This document shows, in pieces, positions 1 to 8,496 of a DNA stretch of 64,000 bases. The translations under genes and the position numbers were made by a program. Numbering within the stretch: position 1 is the first letter of the stretch; each line of letters starts with the position of its first letter. The DNA is from a virus. A model generated the notes under the pieces. The model saw only the letters and a list, made by a program, of their open reading frames with translations. It ran no database searches and was not told the DNA's origin. The stretch covers positions 26,449 through 90,448 of the IMG/VR virus record IMGVR_UViG_3300036772_000557, one strand, 5' to 3'.

Positions 1-13
1 TCGAGAGCGCGGA

Positions 14-247
14 ATGACCGATAGAGAAGACCGCCTAGAAGAGGCGCTTCACCGCATTATCGCTTGGGCAGAGGCGTACCCCTTGGACGCATTCCCGGAG
101 CCGACCAAGGAATATTATAAGAAGGCGCACGAAGTGCTGACTGCGAACGGGATGACGTTAGATCGCTTATCTGCCGCCGCCATGCGGCATGTTATAAGGG
201 GAGTCGGAAAGATCGCGCGTGACGCATTGACGGAGAGCGCGGAATGA
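14..247 (+). CDS. Small hypothetical phage protein
   Basis: 77-aa ORF, GAGAG upstream, ATGA overlap with the next ORF. Confidence 0.65.
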   Translation: MTDREDRLEEALHRIIAWAEAYPLDAFPEPTKEYYKKAHEVLTANGMTLDRLSAAAMRHVIRGVGKIARDALTESAE

Positions 248-543
248 CCGAGAGGAGCGAGCTTGTGGAACGATATCTCGGCATATTCCTTAGACATATG
301 GAGCAATCCGCCCCGAACAGCGCGACAGCCGACAATGCGAGTCGGGCCGCAGAATCACTGGTCGACGCGGTCCGCGAGGAGGGGCGGCGAGGGGCCGTGG
401 AGGATCTGGCCGAACTCCAAATGTATCGAGAAGCCGCCGTATATGACGCTTGCATGGGCGGGGCCACATTCAGAACCTGGAATAGATCGGCGCTTGACCG
501 CGCTCGCAAAGTGACAGAGCAGCGGAAGGAGAGCGCGGCCTGA
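244..543 (+). CDS. Small hypothetical phage protein
   Basis: 99-aa ORF with GGAG RBS, translationally coupled to 14..247. Confidence 0.65.
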   Translation: MTERSELVERYLGIFLRHMEQSAPNSATADNASRAAESLVDAVREEGRRGAVEDLAELQMYREAAVYDACMGGATFRTWNRSALDRARKVTEQRKESAA

Positions 544-659
544 CAGAGCCTCCGCGTTTCTTGGCGAAGTTGCGTCTGTGTCCGGCGCCCCGTTAATCCC
601 GAGTATTTTACTGTTGCAATTCCCGCATTGCAGTGATAAGCGCCACAGAGTGATCAACC

Positions 660-1211
660 ATGATCAAGGTTTGCGAGGCAGACATGACTATGACACCAGC
701 GATGCTGGTAGCAGAGAAGACCCGGCTCACGGAGCGCATCGCCAAAATCGACATCGACCGCACCAGGTTGGCGACTGAACTGTACGACATCGAAGCCGCC
801 GAGCGGGCGATGGCGAAATTCGGGACGCCGGGCGCCGCAGCGCAGCGCGCAAGGGGACGACCGAGGAAGGAGGGTATTCAGCCGGCGGCGACGGAAACGG
901 TGCATGAGGCGACCAAGCCGACCAAGCCGACCAAGCCGACCACCAATAAGATCGCTCGCCCGCGGGCCGGAGGGGCAAAGGCCGCCACCGGTAACATGTC
1001 CCTGTCCGATGCAGTGCTGGCGGCCTGCGCCTCGTTCTCCGGCGGCGCGGAGCCGTCGAAAATTCTGACCGTTGTGGAGCGGCAACGCGGTATCACCGTG
1101 CGTCCGAACCACGTTGGGGCCGCGCTGGCGCGCCACGAGCGTGCCGGCCGCCTGAACAAGCACGACGGGCTCTGGTTCGTGCCAGAGGCCGCCAAGGCTA
1201 TCGCCGCCTGA
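660..1211 (+). CDS. Putative DNA-binding protein (coiled coil, AT-hook-like RGRPRK, C-terminal winged-helix-like domain)
   Basis: RGRPRK motif, Lys/Pro/Thr linker, helical C-terminal domain ending in a beta-hairpin (LNKHDGLWFV). Confidence 0.6.
   Translation: MIKVCEADMTMTPAMLVAEKTRLTERIAKIDIDRTRLATELYDIEAAERAMAKFGTPGAAAQRARGRPRKEGIQPAATETVHEATKPTKPTKPTTNKIARPRAGGAKAATGNMSLSDAVLAACASFSGGAEPSKILTVVERQRGITVRPNHVGAALARHERAGRLNKHDGLWFVPEAAKAIAA
910..942 (+). repeat. 9-bp tandem repeat (CGACCAAGC)x3.7 encoding TKP-TKP-TKP
   Basis: Seen directly in the sequence. Confidence 0.9.
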
Positions 1212-1234
1212 GCAAAGTACGACCTGCAGGAATC

Positions 1235-1276
1235 AAAAAAGCCTGTCAGCCCCCCGCAAGGGGACTGACAGGCTTT
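1235..1276. terminator. Bidirectional intrinsic terminator between the convergent 660..1211 gene and the late operon
   Basis: AAAAAA-GCCTGTCAGcCCCC-loop-GGGGaCTGACAGGC-TTT hairpin. Confidence 0.85.
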
Positions 1277-1307
1277 CCGTTCTTTGATGCGGTGTCGTCT
1301 TAGAGGG

Positions 1308-1592
1308 TTACGGCTTCTCCCCTCTGGCGATAGCGATCGCCTTCGCTAATGCCCTGTCAGCTGCGGCCGTCGCGGGCAGCAGGCCGGTCTGCTTAGCGTG
1401 ACCGAACAGCAACGCCGCTAGCTCGAGATAGCGATAAATGCGGGCGAGCCTGGTCCCGGCGGCCGGCGTCGGCGTTATCGACGTGATGACCGAGGCCGCG
1501 ATGACGATCGAGCCCACAACCGAGAGCGCCGTCTTGACCTGCTCCGCGGTCGGGATGAGCTGGCTCAGCGTCGAGAGAGAGCAACCGTCCAT
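1308..1592 (-). CDS. Holin-like small membrane protein
   Basis: Hydrophobic segment followed by AS.ITSITPTP...Y..LE.AAL..G.AK, a pattern typical of phage holin-like proteins. Directly downstream of the endolysin. Confidence 0.6.
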   Translation of the reverse strand: MDGCSLSTLSQLIPTAEQVKTALSVVGSIVIAASVITSITPTPAAGTRLARIYRYLELAALLFGHAKQTGLLPATAAADRALAKAIAIARGEKP

Positions 1593-1593
1593 T

Positions 1594-2691
1594 TCAGCGG
1601 CCGCAGGGGGAATTGAGCAGCAACCGGCGAAGGTCGCCGGGCGGGCAGACCGCTAGCGGCTCCTTGTCCCATTTTGCGCTCTCATTTGAGGGCATTGAAA
1701 TCGCATGCAAATCCGCCTCCTGCGCGGGCGGGAAAATAAACATGGCCTTGGGTGCCGGGCCGTCCGCCCGCTGCATTCCGAGCAGCAGCATCGCAGCTGC
1801 GGCGGCTATCATCGGCACCCGCGCGATCATCGCCCGGGCCGCGGCCGCGATCGGCGCGAACACCGGGTGCGCCAGATCAAGGACGAGATGTGCCACGGCC
1901 GGCGGCGCCGCCGGCTTAACCACCGATATTGTGATCACCTGATCGGCTCCCCTCAGCGTCGTCGGGCCGAGCGCGAGAGGCGTGATTGCGAGTTCCATGC
2001 CCGCGATGCTCGCGGAGCAGACCGACGGGTCGTCGGGCGCGATCAGATCGGCGGGAATATCCGTCACTGCCGCGCCCGAGGCGTCTGTCGCGGAGAGGAT
2101 CGCGATCGTGCATTGCTGGTCGAGCGGGATCTCGAGGAGCGAGGGGGGCGGTGTGTCGATCGGGAACATGGCCAAGCTCTGAGCGTAGCGGGCCGGGAAA
2201 TTTGCATCCGCTCCAGCTGGCCAAGTCGCAATCAGCGCCGGGCTTACCGTATCAAGCTGCCCGGCCTGGAGCGCCGCGAGCAGATCGCCGCCGGCACGGA
2301 CTTTGAAATCGCGAACCGCGAGGACCCAGTTATTCGTGATCTGGCTCTGCGGCTCGACCTTGGAGTCGCCGGTCAGCGCGGCGATCTCGCCATAAGTCTG
2401 CGGCTCGTCCTGCCATACCCCGAAAGCGTGCGTGTTGTGCGCGGCATTGCCGCCCCAAGCGGGAAAGACGTCGAGCGCGTCGGTCCATTGGTGAAACCCG
2501 AATTCGCACCGGAACGGCGACCAGCTGTAGGGCCAGGCGAGCGGATCGCCGACCAGCGACTCGATCGATAGTGCGAGCATGGCCGCCTTGGCCTCTCGCG
2601 GGAGCGGCGATTTCGCGAGCTCGGCGATGACCTCACGCGCCGGGATGAAACTGATAGTCGCGGGGAGCCCCTCGACGGCAAGATCCGACAT
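1594..2691 (-). CDS. Endolysin, lambda-lysozyme/GH104-like N-terminal domain with C-terminal extension
   Basis: SIE...THAFGVWQ...TY...PQSQ...DLLAALQAG...L..TW resembles the lambda R/GH104 pattern. Lies at the end of the late operon next to membrane proteins. Confidence 0.55.
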   Translation of the reverse strand: MSDLAVEGLPATISFIPAREVIAELAKSPLPREAKAAMLALSIESLVGDPLAWPYSWSPFRCEFGFHQWTDALDVFPAWGGNAAHNTHAFGVWQDEPQTYGEIAALTGDSKVEPQSQITNNWVLAVRDFKVRAGGDLLAALQAGQLDTVSPALIATWPAGADANFPARYAQSLAMFPIDTPPPSLLEIPLDQQCTIAILSATDASGAAVTDIPADLIAPDDPSVCSASIAGMELAITPLALGPTTLRGADQVITISVVKPAAPPAVAHLVLDLAHPVFAPIAAAARAMIARVPMIAAAAAMLLLGMQRADGPAPKAMFIFPPAQEADLHAISMPSNESAKWDKEPLAVCPPGDLRRLLLNSPCGR

Positions 2692-2730
2692 TGCGTCTCT
2701 ACCTTTGGGAAAGCGCCGTGGCGCTAATTG

Positions 2731-3183
2731 TCAGGAGCGAGGCTCTCTCGACTGAGCCTGCAAATAGCACCAGAGCAGCGCTCCAACATGGAACGCGGCG
2801 GCCAGCATCGCGGGCGACTGATCGGCGATCAGAAAGGAATGATGGCGAGGCACGCCATCGGCGAACGTTGCGAGCCGCATCGCTTGCCACGCACTCAAGG
2901 CGGCCACCAACAGAACAATCTGCTGAGGCAGCATGCACGCCACCGTGCTAAGCCCGCGCATCTGCCGGAGGAGCGGCACCAGGGCAAGGCCAGCAACGAA
3001 CACGAGCAGCCACGGAAGTGTTGGGCCGATCTCGGCCAATTGGGATACGGCCGTGACGGATCTCGGCCCGTCCGGAGTCGGATCAATCCACAGGGTCAGC
3101 GCCCACACGAGATGCAATGACGAGCAATACCCAACGATCAAATGACCGCGAAAACGCATCAGGCTGCGGTGCAATTCACTCAT
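2731..3183 (-). CDS. Multi-pass membrane protein (lysis module)
   Basis: About 4 hydrophobic segments. Start taken at the ATG overlapping the upstream stop. Confidence 0.6.
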   Translation of the reverse strand: MSELHRSLMRFRGHLIVGYCSSLHLVWALTLWIDPTPDGPRSVTAVSQLAEIGPTLPWLLVFVAGLALVPLLRQMRGLSTVACMLPQQIVLLVAALSAWQAMRLATFADGVPRHHSFLIADQSPAMLAAAFHVGALLWCYLQAQSREPRS

Positions 3184-3572
3184 GAACCCAGCAGCCCATA
3201 CGCCAGGAGATATGCGGCGATTAGGGAAGCGATCAGGCCGCGGACAATTATTTCTACGGCAATCCGCTGGTCTGAGAATGAATGAGAGATCCGCCAGCAC
3301 GGTACTAGGTGGACGATTGTCCCTGCCAGAATCATCGCGTCTGGAAGGATCACCAAATCGACAACCGGCAGGTTCTCAATGTTGTTATGGAAGAAATTGA
3401 AATGTCGTAAAAAGGTCCCAGCCTGCACCAGGGCGATCCCTAGCATCAGGACCGGCAACAGGCCCGCCGCCGCATCGGTTCGCACCTTGCGCCACCACAG
3501 GGCGTAGCGGATGCTGGTCTCGCAGCAGACGCCGATCAGCAGGAGGCGCAGGACCAGAACCAGGATGTTCAT
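3180..3572 (-). CDS. Multi-pass membrane protein (lysis module)
   Basis: About 4 hydrophobic segments, ATGA coupling. Confidence 0.65.
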   Translation of the reverse strand: MNILVLVLRLLLIGVCCETSIRYALWWRKVRTDAAAGLLPVLMLGIALVQAGTFLRHFNFFHNNIENLPVVDLVILPDAMILAGTIVHLVPCWRISHSFSDQRIAVEIIVRGLIASLIAAYLLAYGLLGS

Positions 3573-3748
3573 TGCCGGAGGGCCCGCTCCAACCTCCGGA
3601 GCTCCTCCCGCAACTTCAGCGCTTCCGTATGCATGTGTTCGGCCGCGCGAGTCATCGCGCGCCGCTCTGGCTCATCGCGCAATGGCGCGATCGGGAACAA
3701 TTTTAGGCACTCCACAATTACTGTCATCATGCGCCTCAAGCGGTTCAT
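3569..3748 (-). CDS. Small helical hypothetical protein
   Basis: ATGA-coupled at both ends. Confidence 0.55.
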   Translation of the reverse strand: MNRLRRMMTVIVECLKLFPIAPLRDEPERRAMTRAAEHMHTEALKLREELRRLERALRQ

Positions 3749-4008
3749 CGTCGCCACGACCCGGGAAAGATTTGCCCGCGAAGCTCGGCTATTTGAATTG
3801 TCAGGGTCGCTAGGGAATCCGCTATCGCCTCGAAGGCTTTGGCGCGGACCGCGGCTTCTTCTTTGGCGGTCAGCCTGTCGCGTTCTCGGTCGATCCTGGA
3901 CTGGTTGAACAGCCAGGCTTGATAGATATTGCCGAGCAGCAAAGTCAGAGCGACGGTGCCGATCGCGCTCTGTAACGCCTCGATCAGGCCGTTATAGAGC
4001 GCGCCCAT
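3745..4008 (-). CDS. Single-TM plus coiled-coil protein (holin/antiholin-like)
   Basis: MGALYNG start, one TM, charged coiled-coil tail. Confidence 0.55.
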   Translation of the reverse strand: MGALYNGLIEALQSAIGTVALTLLLGNIYQAWLFNQSRIDRERDRLTAKEEAAVRAKAFEAIADSLATLTIQIAELRGQIFPGSWRR

Positions 4009-4013
4009 CGCCT

Positions 4014-4223
4014 TTAGCGCCGGCGCCCGACGATGCGGATCCCGCGCGGCCCGAAGCTCAGCGTTTTGGTTTCGGTGGTCCCGTATGCGGTGACCTGCAG
4101 GCAGCACTCCCCGGTAGTCTCGTCGGCGGCAACGATTTCGCCCGGCACATCGGTGTAGTTGTCGGTACGGACGATCCTGTAACGCCGCTTGACGGCGTCG
4201 GTTTGCCAGCCTTCGAGTTTCAT
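4014..4223 (-). CDS. Small beta-rich hypothetical protein
   Basis: Strong GGAGG RBS, 69 aa, fits the operon. Confidence 0.65.
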   Translation of the reverse strand: MKLEGWQTDAVKRRYRIVRTDNYTDVPGEIVAADETTGECCLQVTAYGTTETKTLSFGPRGIRIVGRRR

Positions 4224-4237
4224 TTGGTAGCCTCCAT

Positions 4238-4699
4238 TTAAAATAGCCGCATCTTGACGGCTGCGCCTGCAGCATCCGCGGCGGTGATTGACAACTGTTT
4301 GGTCCCGTCGTCCCCGACGGTGAGCGAGCGCGCCAGCACCAGCTGCATCCCCCGAACGGCAATAAAGCTGGGATCGCTAGAAGTCAGCGTAATTGCGCCG
4401 ACGGCCGGAACCGTTCCGTCCGAATATTGCACGGTGGCGGTGGCAACTACGGTGCCGGCTGGAGAATTATCCGGGATGCTCGGAGCCGGCGGCGCGACCG
4501 ACATCACCAGCGTGCGCGCGGGTGGCGGCGGTGGGTTTTTAATGGTGACCAGCGAGCGCGAGTTCGTGTCTGTATTAACGAGCAGGTTTAACAGCAGGGT
4601 TTTCTTCGCGTCATAGATGCGGATCGCCACCTGTTTTGACGGCAGCTTGGCCTCGTCGATAACGATGCTGTGCGCATTCGCGAGTGTTTGGGCGGCCAT
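4238..4699 (-). CDS. Protein with PPPPP linker and C-terminal cadherin-like domain
   Basis: PSIPDNSPAGTVVATATVQYSDG...LSITAADAAG matches the cadherin pattern. Confidence 0.7.
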   Translation of the reverse strand: MAAQTLANAHSIVIDEAKLPSKQVAIRIYDAKKTLLLNLLVNTDTNSRSLVTIKNPPPPPARTLVMSVAPPAPSIPDNSPAGTVVATATVQYSDGTVPAVGAITLTSSDPSFIAVRGMQLVLARSLTVGDDGTKQLSITAADAAGAAVKMRLF

Positions 4700-5802
4700 C
4701 AGGACAAGTCCTCTTCGGCACAGATCTCAAAGTCAAGAATCGCGCCGCTCGGCAACGTATCGCCGTTGCAATTGATGCAGATGAAATCATTGAGCCCGCG
4801 TAGCTCGATAGCCTTAACCGTGTCGCCGAAGGTCCAGATCGCGTCCGTACTCGGTCCGGTCGCCGCGACGTTCAGATACATGCGCTTGACGCCGGCATGG
4901 CCGCCTGCCGCAGTGCCGAGCGACCCGTAATTCGCGGTCTGGACATAGGAGACCGTGAGCGTCGCCGCCGCATCGTTGATGTCGTGCTGGAAAGCCGTGA
5001 TTGCGGTAAGCGTCGCCGATCCGAGTGTCCCGGCCGTCGAGCGCCGGATTATCTGGGCTGTAAGCTGGCCGGCTGTCGTCGCTTTGCCGCCGACCTTGAT
5101 GTATTTGATGCGGCCGGTCTTCGAAGCCGAGCCCTGGATCACGAGCACGTCGGTTGGCGTCGCTACCGGCGTGATGCCGGTCACCGAATAGCGATAGGTC
5201 GCCTTGGTCCCGTCTTGTGAGACAAGCGTAACCCCGGGACCGCCCGGCGCCTGCCGCGCTTGGTTGAACTTAAAAGCCGACGCGGTGTACGACGCGGTGT
5301 GCGTGAACAACGCGCCGCCGGCAGGGAACTGCACAGAGATGCTGGTGTTGGCGACGACCGCGGTGATCAGCGCCGATTCGTAGCTCGCCGTTCCGGGCTC
5401 GAAATTGGCCGTCCCGCCGACCACAAATCCGGTCGTGTTGGCGGTATTGAGTGTCGCCGTAACCGTTGCGGCAGCGCACGACGAGGTCATGGTCGTGAGA
5501 AATTCCTGTGCGAGGCTCGGCGCCGACGCGGGCACACCCCTCGCGGAAATCAGGTCGGAGCCGGCGTTGCGGAGCACGTCGAAATAGAGGCCCGCAGCGT
5601 TGCGCACCTTGACGACCGCGCCGACCAGCATGCTGTAGACGCCGCTGCCCAGGTTCTGGTTCTCGGCCGTATGGTTATCCACCACCGCCTGAACGCCGGT
5701 GACCGGGTCGGTGACGGAGGAGGAACTGACGTGCTGGCCGCTGACGACCTGAGTTTTCAGCGTCTGCGTGGTGCCGGAGGCGTCGGTAATATTAAGAGCC
5801 AA
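4699..5802 (-). CDS. Putative virion structural/fibre protein
   Basis: Thr/Ala/Gly-rich beta protein of 367 aa in the tail-distal module. Confidence 0.65.
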   Translation of the reverse strand: MALNITDASGTTQTLKTQVVSGQHVSSSSVTDPVTGVQAVVDNHTAENQNLGSGVYSMLVGAVVKVRNAAGLYFDVLRNAGSDLISARGVPASAPSLAQEFLTTMTSSCAAATVTATLNTANTTGFVVGGTANFEPGTASYESALITAVVANTSISVQFPAGGALFTHTASYTASAFKFNQARQAPGGPGVTLVSQDGTKATYRYSVTGITPVATPTDVLVIQGSASKTGRIKYIKVGGKATTAGQLTAQIIRRSTAGTLGSATLTAITAFQHDINDAAATLTVSYVQTANYGSLGTAAGGHAGVKRMYLNVAATGPSTDAIWTFGDTVKAIELRGLNDFICINCNGDTLPSGAILDFEICAEEDLS

Positions 5803-5912
5803 TGCAAATGCTCCGCGAGAAATAAAAGATCAAGACCAAAGGAACCACCAATAACGGCGTGCACTATGCCGCCCAGCGGTAAGCGTCGCCAACAAACAGA
5901 GATCCATTTGAT

Positions 5913-6863
5913 TCACACGAGTTGGTCGACCTGGAACGTACCCTTCCAAGTCGCGAATTGATCATTCGCGAATTGCTGATCGGTCGAGGCATATCCTGCG
6001 ACGCTGGTGCGTTCCAGGTTGTAGGTATCATCGGGGAACGGCACTACCGCGATCGGCGATGACTTGCCGTTGATTACTGCGAGGGCGAGCGGCCGCGAAA
6101 AAACCTGATCGCCGCGACCGACATAGATCCCATCCTGCAGCAGGAAATCGACGCCGAGGCTGAGTCGCCGGCTGATCGGGCGTTTGACGACATAGGTCGA
6201 GCCGAAGGTGACCCGGGTCACGTCGGAAAGATCGATGGTCGAGATCGACCAGCCGTAGGACATATTGACCGGCGCTTGCCAGATCTCGCAGGCGCCGAGG
6301 AACCCGATCTGAACCGGGATGATGCTGCCGCTGACCGAGACGTTTATCGAGTTGGCGCTTACTGGAACCGGCGGTACAAAAAATCGCGGCCGACCGAGCG
6401 CATACCATTCGACGGCCGGATAGACGCCGTTTCCGTCGTTCGCCCAGGCCGGCACATTCCCGCTCGTGTAAGTCCCCGCGGTGACCGAGATCGTGGCGCT
6501 GACGTCGGCGATAAGATTCTGAATGTGGATGAGGCCGATCGTGCGCGTTGCGCCGAGATTGAGCGTGAAGCTGACACTGCCGCCACTCGCGATCGCGGTC
6601 AGCTGAGGTCGCGGGATAAGCATGTTGCTCGCTGGCGCGTTCGCCTGAAATCCACCTCCGGTGATGCTGGCTCCCGGTGCCTGGCCCCAATCGTAGTAGG
6701 ACACGATGAGGTAGCGGTTCCCGCTGCCAAAGCTGGGGCCTGGCCCCGGCAGGGGGGGTGGCCCACCTGGCGGAGGTGGCGGCGGCGGCGGCGCCGATAT
6801 GGTCGGTGGGGTGCCTGGCGGTGCTGGTGGCTGGCCTGGGGGGGTTGGCGGACCAATCGGCAT
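5913..6863 (-). CDS. Putative tail tip/distal tail protein with N-terminal polyproline extension
   Basis: Starts MPIGPPTPP. C-terminal NMSYGW...D.S...GSTYV..RP..RRL motif typical of alphaproteobacterial phage tail proteins. Confidence 0.7.
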   Translation of the reverse strand: MPIGPPTPPGQPPAPPGTPPTISAPPPPPPPPGGPPPLPGPGPSFGSGNRYLIVSYYDWGQAPGASITGGGFQANAPASNMLIPRPQLTAIASGGSVSFTLNLGATRTIGLIHIQNLIADVSATISVTAGTYTSGNVPAWANDGNGVYPAVEWYALGRPRFFVPPVPVSANSINVSVSGSIIPVQIGFLGACEIWQAPVNMSYGWSISTIDLSDVTRVTFGSTYVVKRPISRRLSLGVDFLLQDGIYVGRGDQVFSRPLALAVINGKSSPIAVVPFPDDTYNLERTSVAGYASTDQQFANDQFATWKGTFQVDQLV

Positions 6864-6979
6864 TGCGTCGCACTGCCTCCGCCGCTAATGATGTGAGACC
6901 AGCCCATGCTGGGGGTAGGATCGCACCAGGGGAGAGGCTACGGCCTTTCCCCCCTTTTGCGGGGCTCAGAGCGCGTGTT

Positions 6980-7738
6980 TTACTGCGTCGCCTGGATCGT
7001 CACGTTTTCGATGGTGCCAGCCGCCGCGCCGACGCCCGGGCCCGACGGGTTGATGATAAGGTTCGAGCCGCTGATCGCGTAGACCCCGCCGCCGTCGTTG
7101 TATGGCGCGGCAAACCCGAGCGTGCCGGTAAAGGTCGATCCGTCGCTCCAGGAAGCGGTGATCGTGCCGACCGTCGACCCGAGGGCCGCATTATCGACAA
7201 TCGCAGGAGAAACGGGTGAGACCGAAACGCTGAGCGTGATGTCGCGCGTGATCGCCTGCAGGCTCCAAAATGTCGCGGCGCACTGCGTGTCGGCGCATCC
7301 CATGAGCCATCTTGAGCCGTTCCATTTGGCGACTACAAAGGCGAGGTAAACCCAGGATCCGGAGAGATCTCCCGAAGACAGGCTGAGATCCGCAGTTGCC
7401 AAACCCGGATAAAAACTGCCGAAAAGCGCCTGAGAGGATGTGAGCGCGACTTGCGTCCAACTCGCTCCGTCGGTGCTGTAATAAGCAAATTTGTAGACGT
7501 ATTCGGTGGTGTCGGTGGCTGAGCCTACCGTGAGGGTGGTAGCGGCCGTCGTGCAATCGACGCTGCCGAGCAGCGAGTTCGGCGGATTGAACAGGTCGTA
7601 AGCACCTGCCCAGCCCGCAGGGACGGGAAGGGACTTGGAATAATATTCGGTGCAGCTGCCGAGCGCATGAGCCGGTCCGGCGCCGAGGCTGATCGCTGCG
7701 ATTAAAGCGGCGATGGCGGTGAGCGTCCGGAAACTCAT
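6980..7738 (-). CDS. Secreted protein: signal peptide, Cys-containing N-domain, C-terminal truncated cadherin-like domain
   Basis: MSFRTLTAIAALIAAISLGAGPAHA signal; ends TIENVTIQATQ. Start moved to the ATGA overlap. Confidence 0.75.
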   Translation of the reverse strand: MSFRTLTAIAALIAAISLGAGPAHALGSCTEYYSKSLPVPAGWAGAYDLFNPPNSLLGSVDCTTAATTLTVGSATDTTEYVYKFAYYSTDGASWTQVALTSSQALFGSFYPGLATADLSLSSGDLSGSWVYLAFVVAKWNGSRWLMGCADTQCAATFWSLQAITRDITLSVSVSPVSPAIVDNAALGSTVGTITASWSDGSTFTGTLGFAAPYNDGGGVYAISGSNLIINPSGPGVGAAAGTIENVTIQATQ

Positions 7739-8430
7739 GGGGCACCAATCGTCGTGACTTGCGCGGTGCCGTCGAGGCTCGGCGAGAGCGGCGCCGCGAG
7801 GACGACGTTGAAGCCGTCGATCCCGAATAATGGATTGCTCGAGGTTAATGTCCCCCCGTATGTAGATCCATCCGACATGTTCACCGTAGCGGTCGAAAGC
7901 ACCGTCCCCGTTGGCGTGTTGTCGGGAACCGTCACGCCTGACGGGTTCAACGTTATTGATGTGGGAGTCGACGTGGTTCCCTGGCCGCCGACGGCAGCAT
8001 AATAGGTATTGCCGCCCGCCACACTTACCGCGAGTGAGACCGATTGCGCAGCGGTACTGCTCGGAGTGAACGTCACGGTGACTCGGCATGTGGCCGCAGG
8101 AGGCGGGGGCGGGGGCGACGGCGGTGGCGTAACAGGGGCTCCCGGAGCGAGCGAGCCGGCGCAGTCGTTCGTCTGGGAAAAATCAGCCGTGTTGCCGCCG
8201 GTGAATGCGATTCCGAAAGAGATCGTCGATGTTCCGTCATTGGTCACATTGATGGTTTGGGAACTCGCGGTGCCGACGCCTATCGTAGGAAAGGTCAGAA
8301 ACGCTGGGCTGAAGGTGACCGTGTTTCCGATCGAGACCGCGACGTTCACCGTGGCTGTCGTCGCGGCAAGGAGCGTGCTGCTCGCCAGCAAGGCGCCCAT
8401 CAAGAACGGCAGAAGGAATCTCTTGTGCAT
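7735..8430 (-). CDS. Secreted protein: signal peptide, N-terminal strand, ASH/choice-of-anchor-D-like Ig domain, truncated cadherin-like domain
   Basis: MHKRFLLPF signal; LTFP..VG...QT..VTN.G...DF..TNDC..SLAPGA..C.V.VTF.P Ig motif. Confidence 0.75.
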   Translation of the reverse strand: MHKRFLLPFLMGALLASSTLLAATTATVNVAVSIGNTVTFSPAFLTFPTIGVGTASSQTINVTNDGTSTISFGIAFTGGNTADFSQTNDCAGSLAPGAPVTPPPSPPPPPPAATCRVTVTFTPSSTAAQSVSLAVSVAGGNTYYAAVGGQGTTSTPTSITLNPSGVTVPDNTPTGTVLSTATVNMSDGSTYGGTLTSSNPLFGIDGFNVVLAAPLSPSLDGTAQVTTIGAP

Positions 8431-8496
8431 AAAAGAGGCTCCTTCCCAAAGGCCCAACACGAACGAAAGAAACGAATTAAACGAATAAAGCCCTCA

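Larger units (their letters stand above)
3..547 (+). repeat. Gene-junction direct repeat GAGAGCGCGGAATGACCGA at 3-21, 233-251 and (degenerate) 529-547
   Basis: The first two copies are identical 19-mers. The third is GAGAGCGCGGccTGACaGA. Each spans an RBS/stop/start junction. Confidence 0.85.

Noticed and set aside
614-640. Promoter/operator TGCAAT-N6-ATTGCA upstream of 660..1211
   Set aside because: The palindrome is short and the -35/-10 spacing is unconvincing; not enough support to call.
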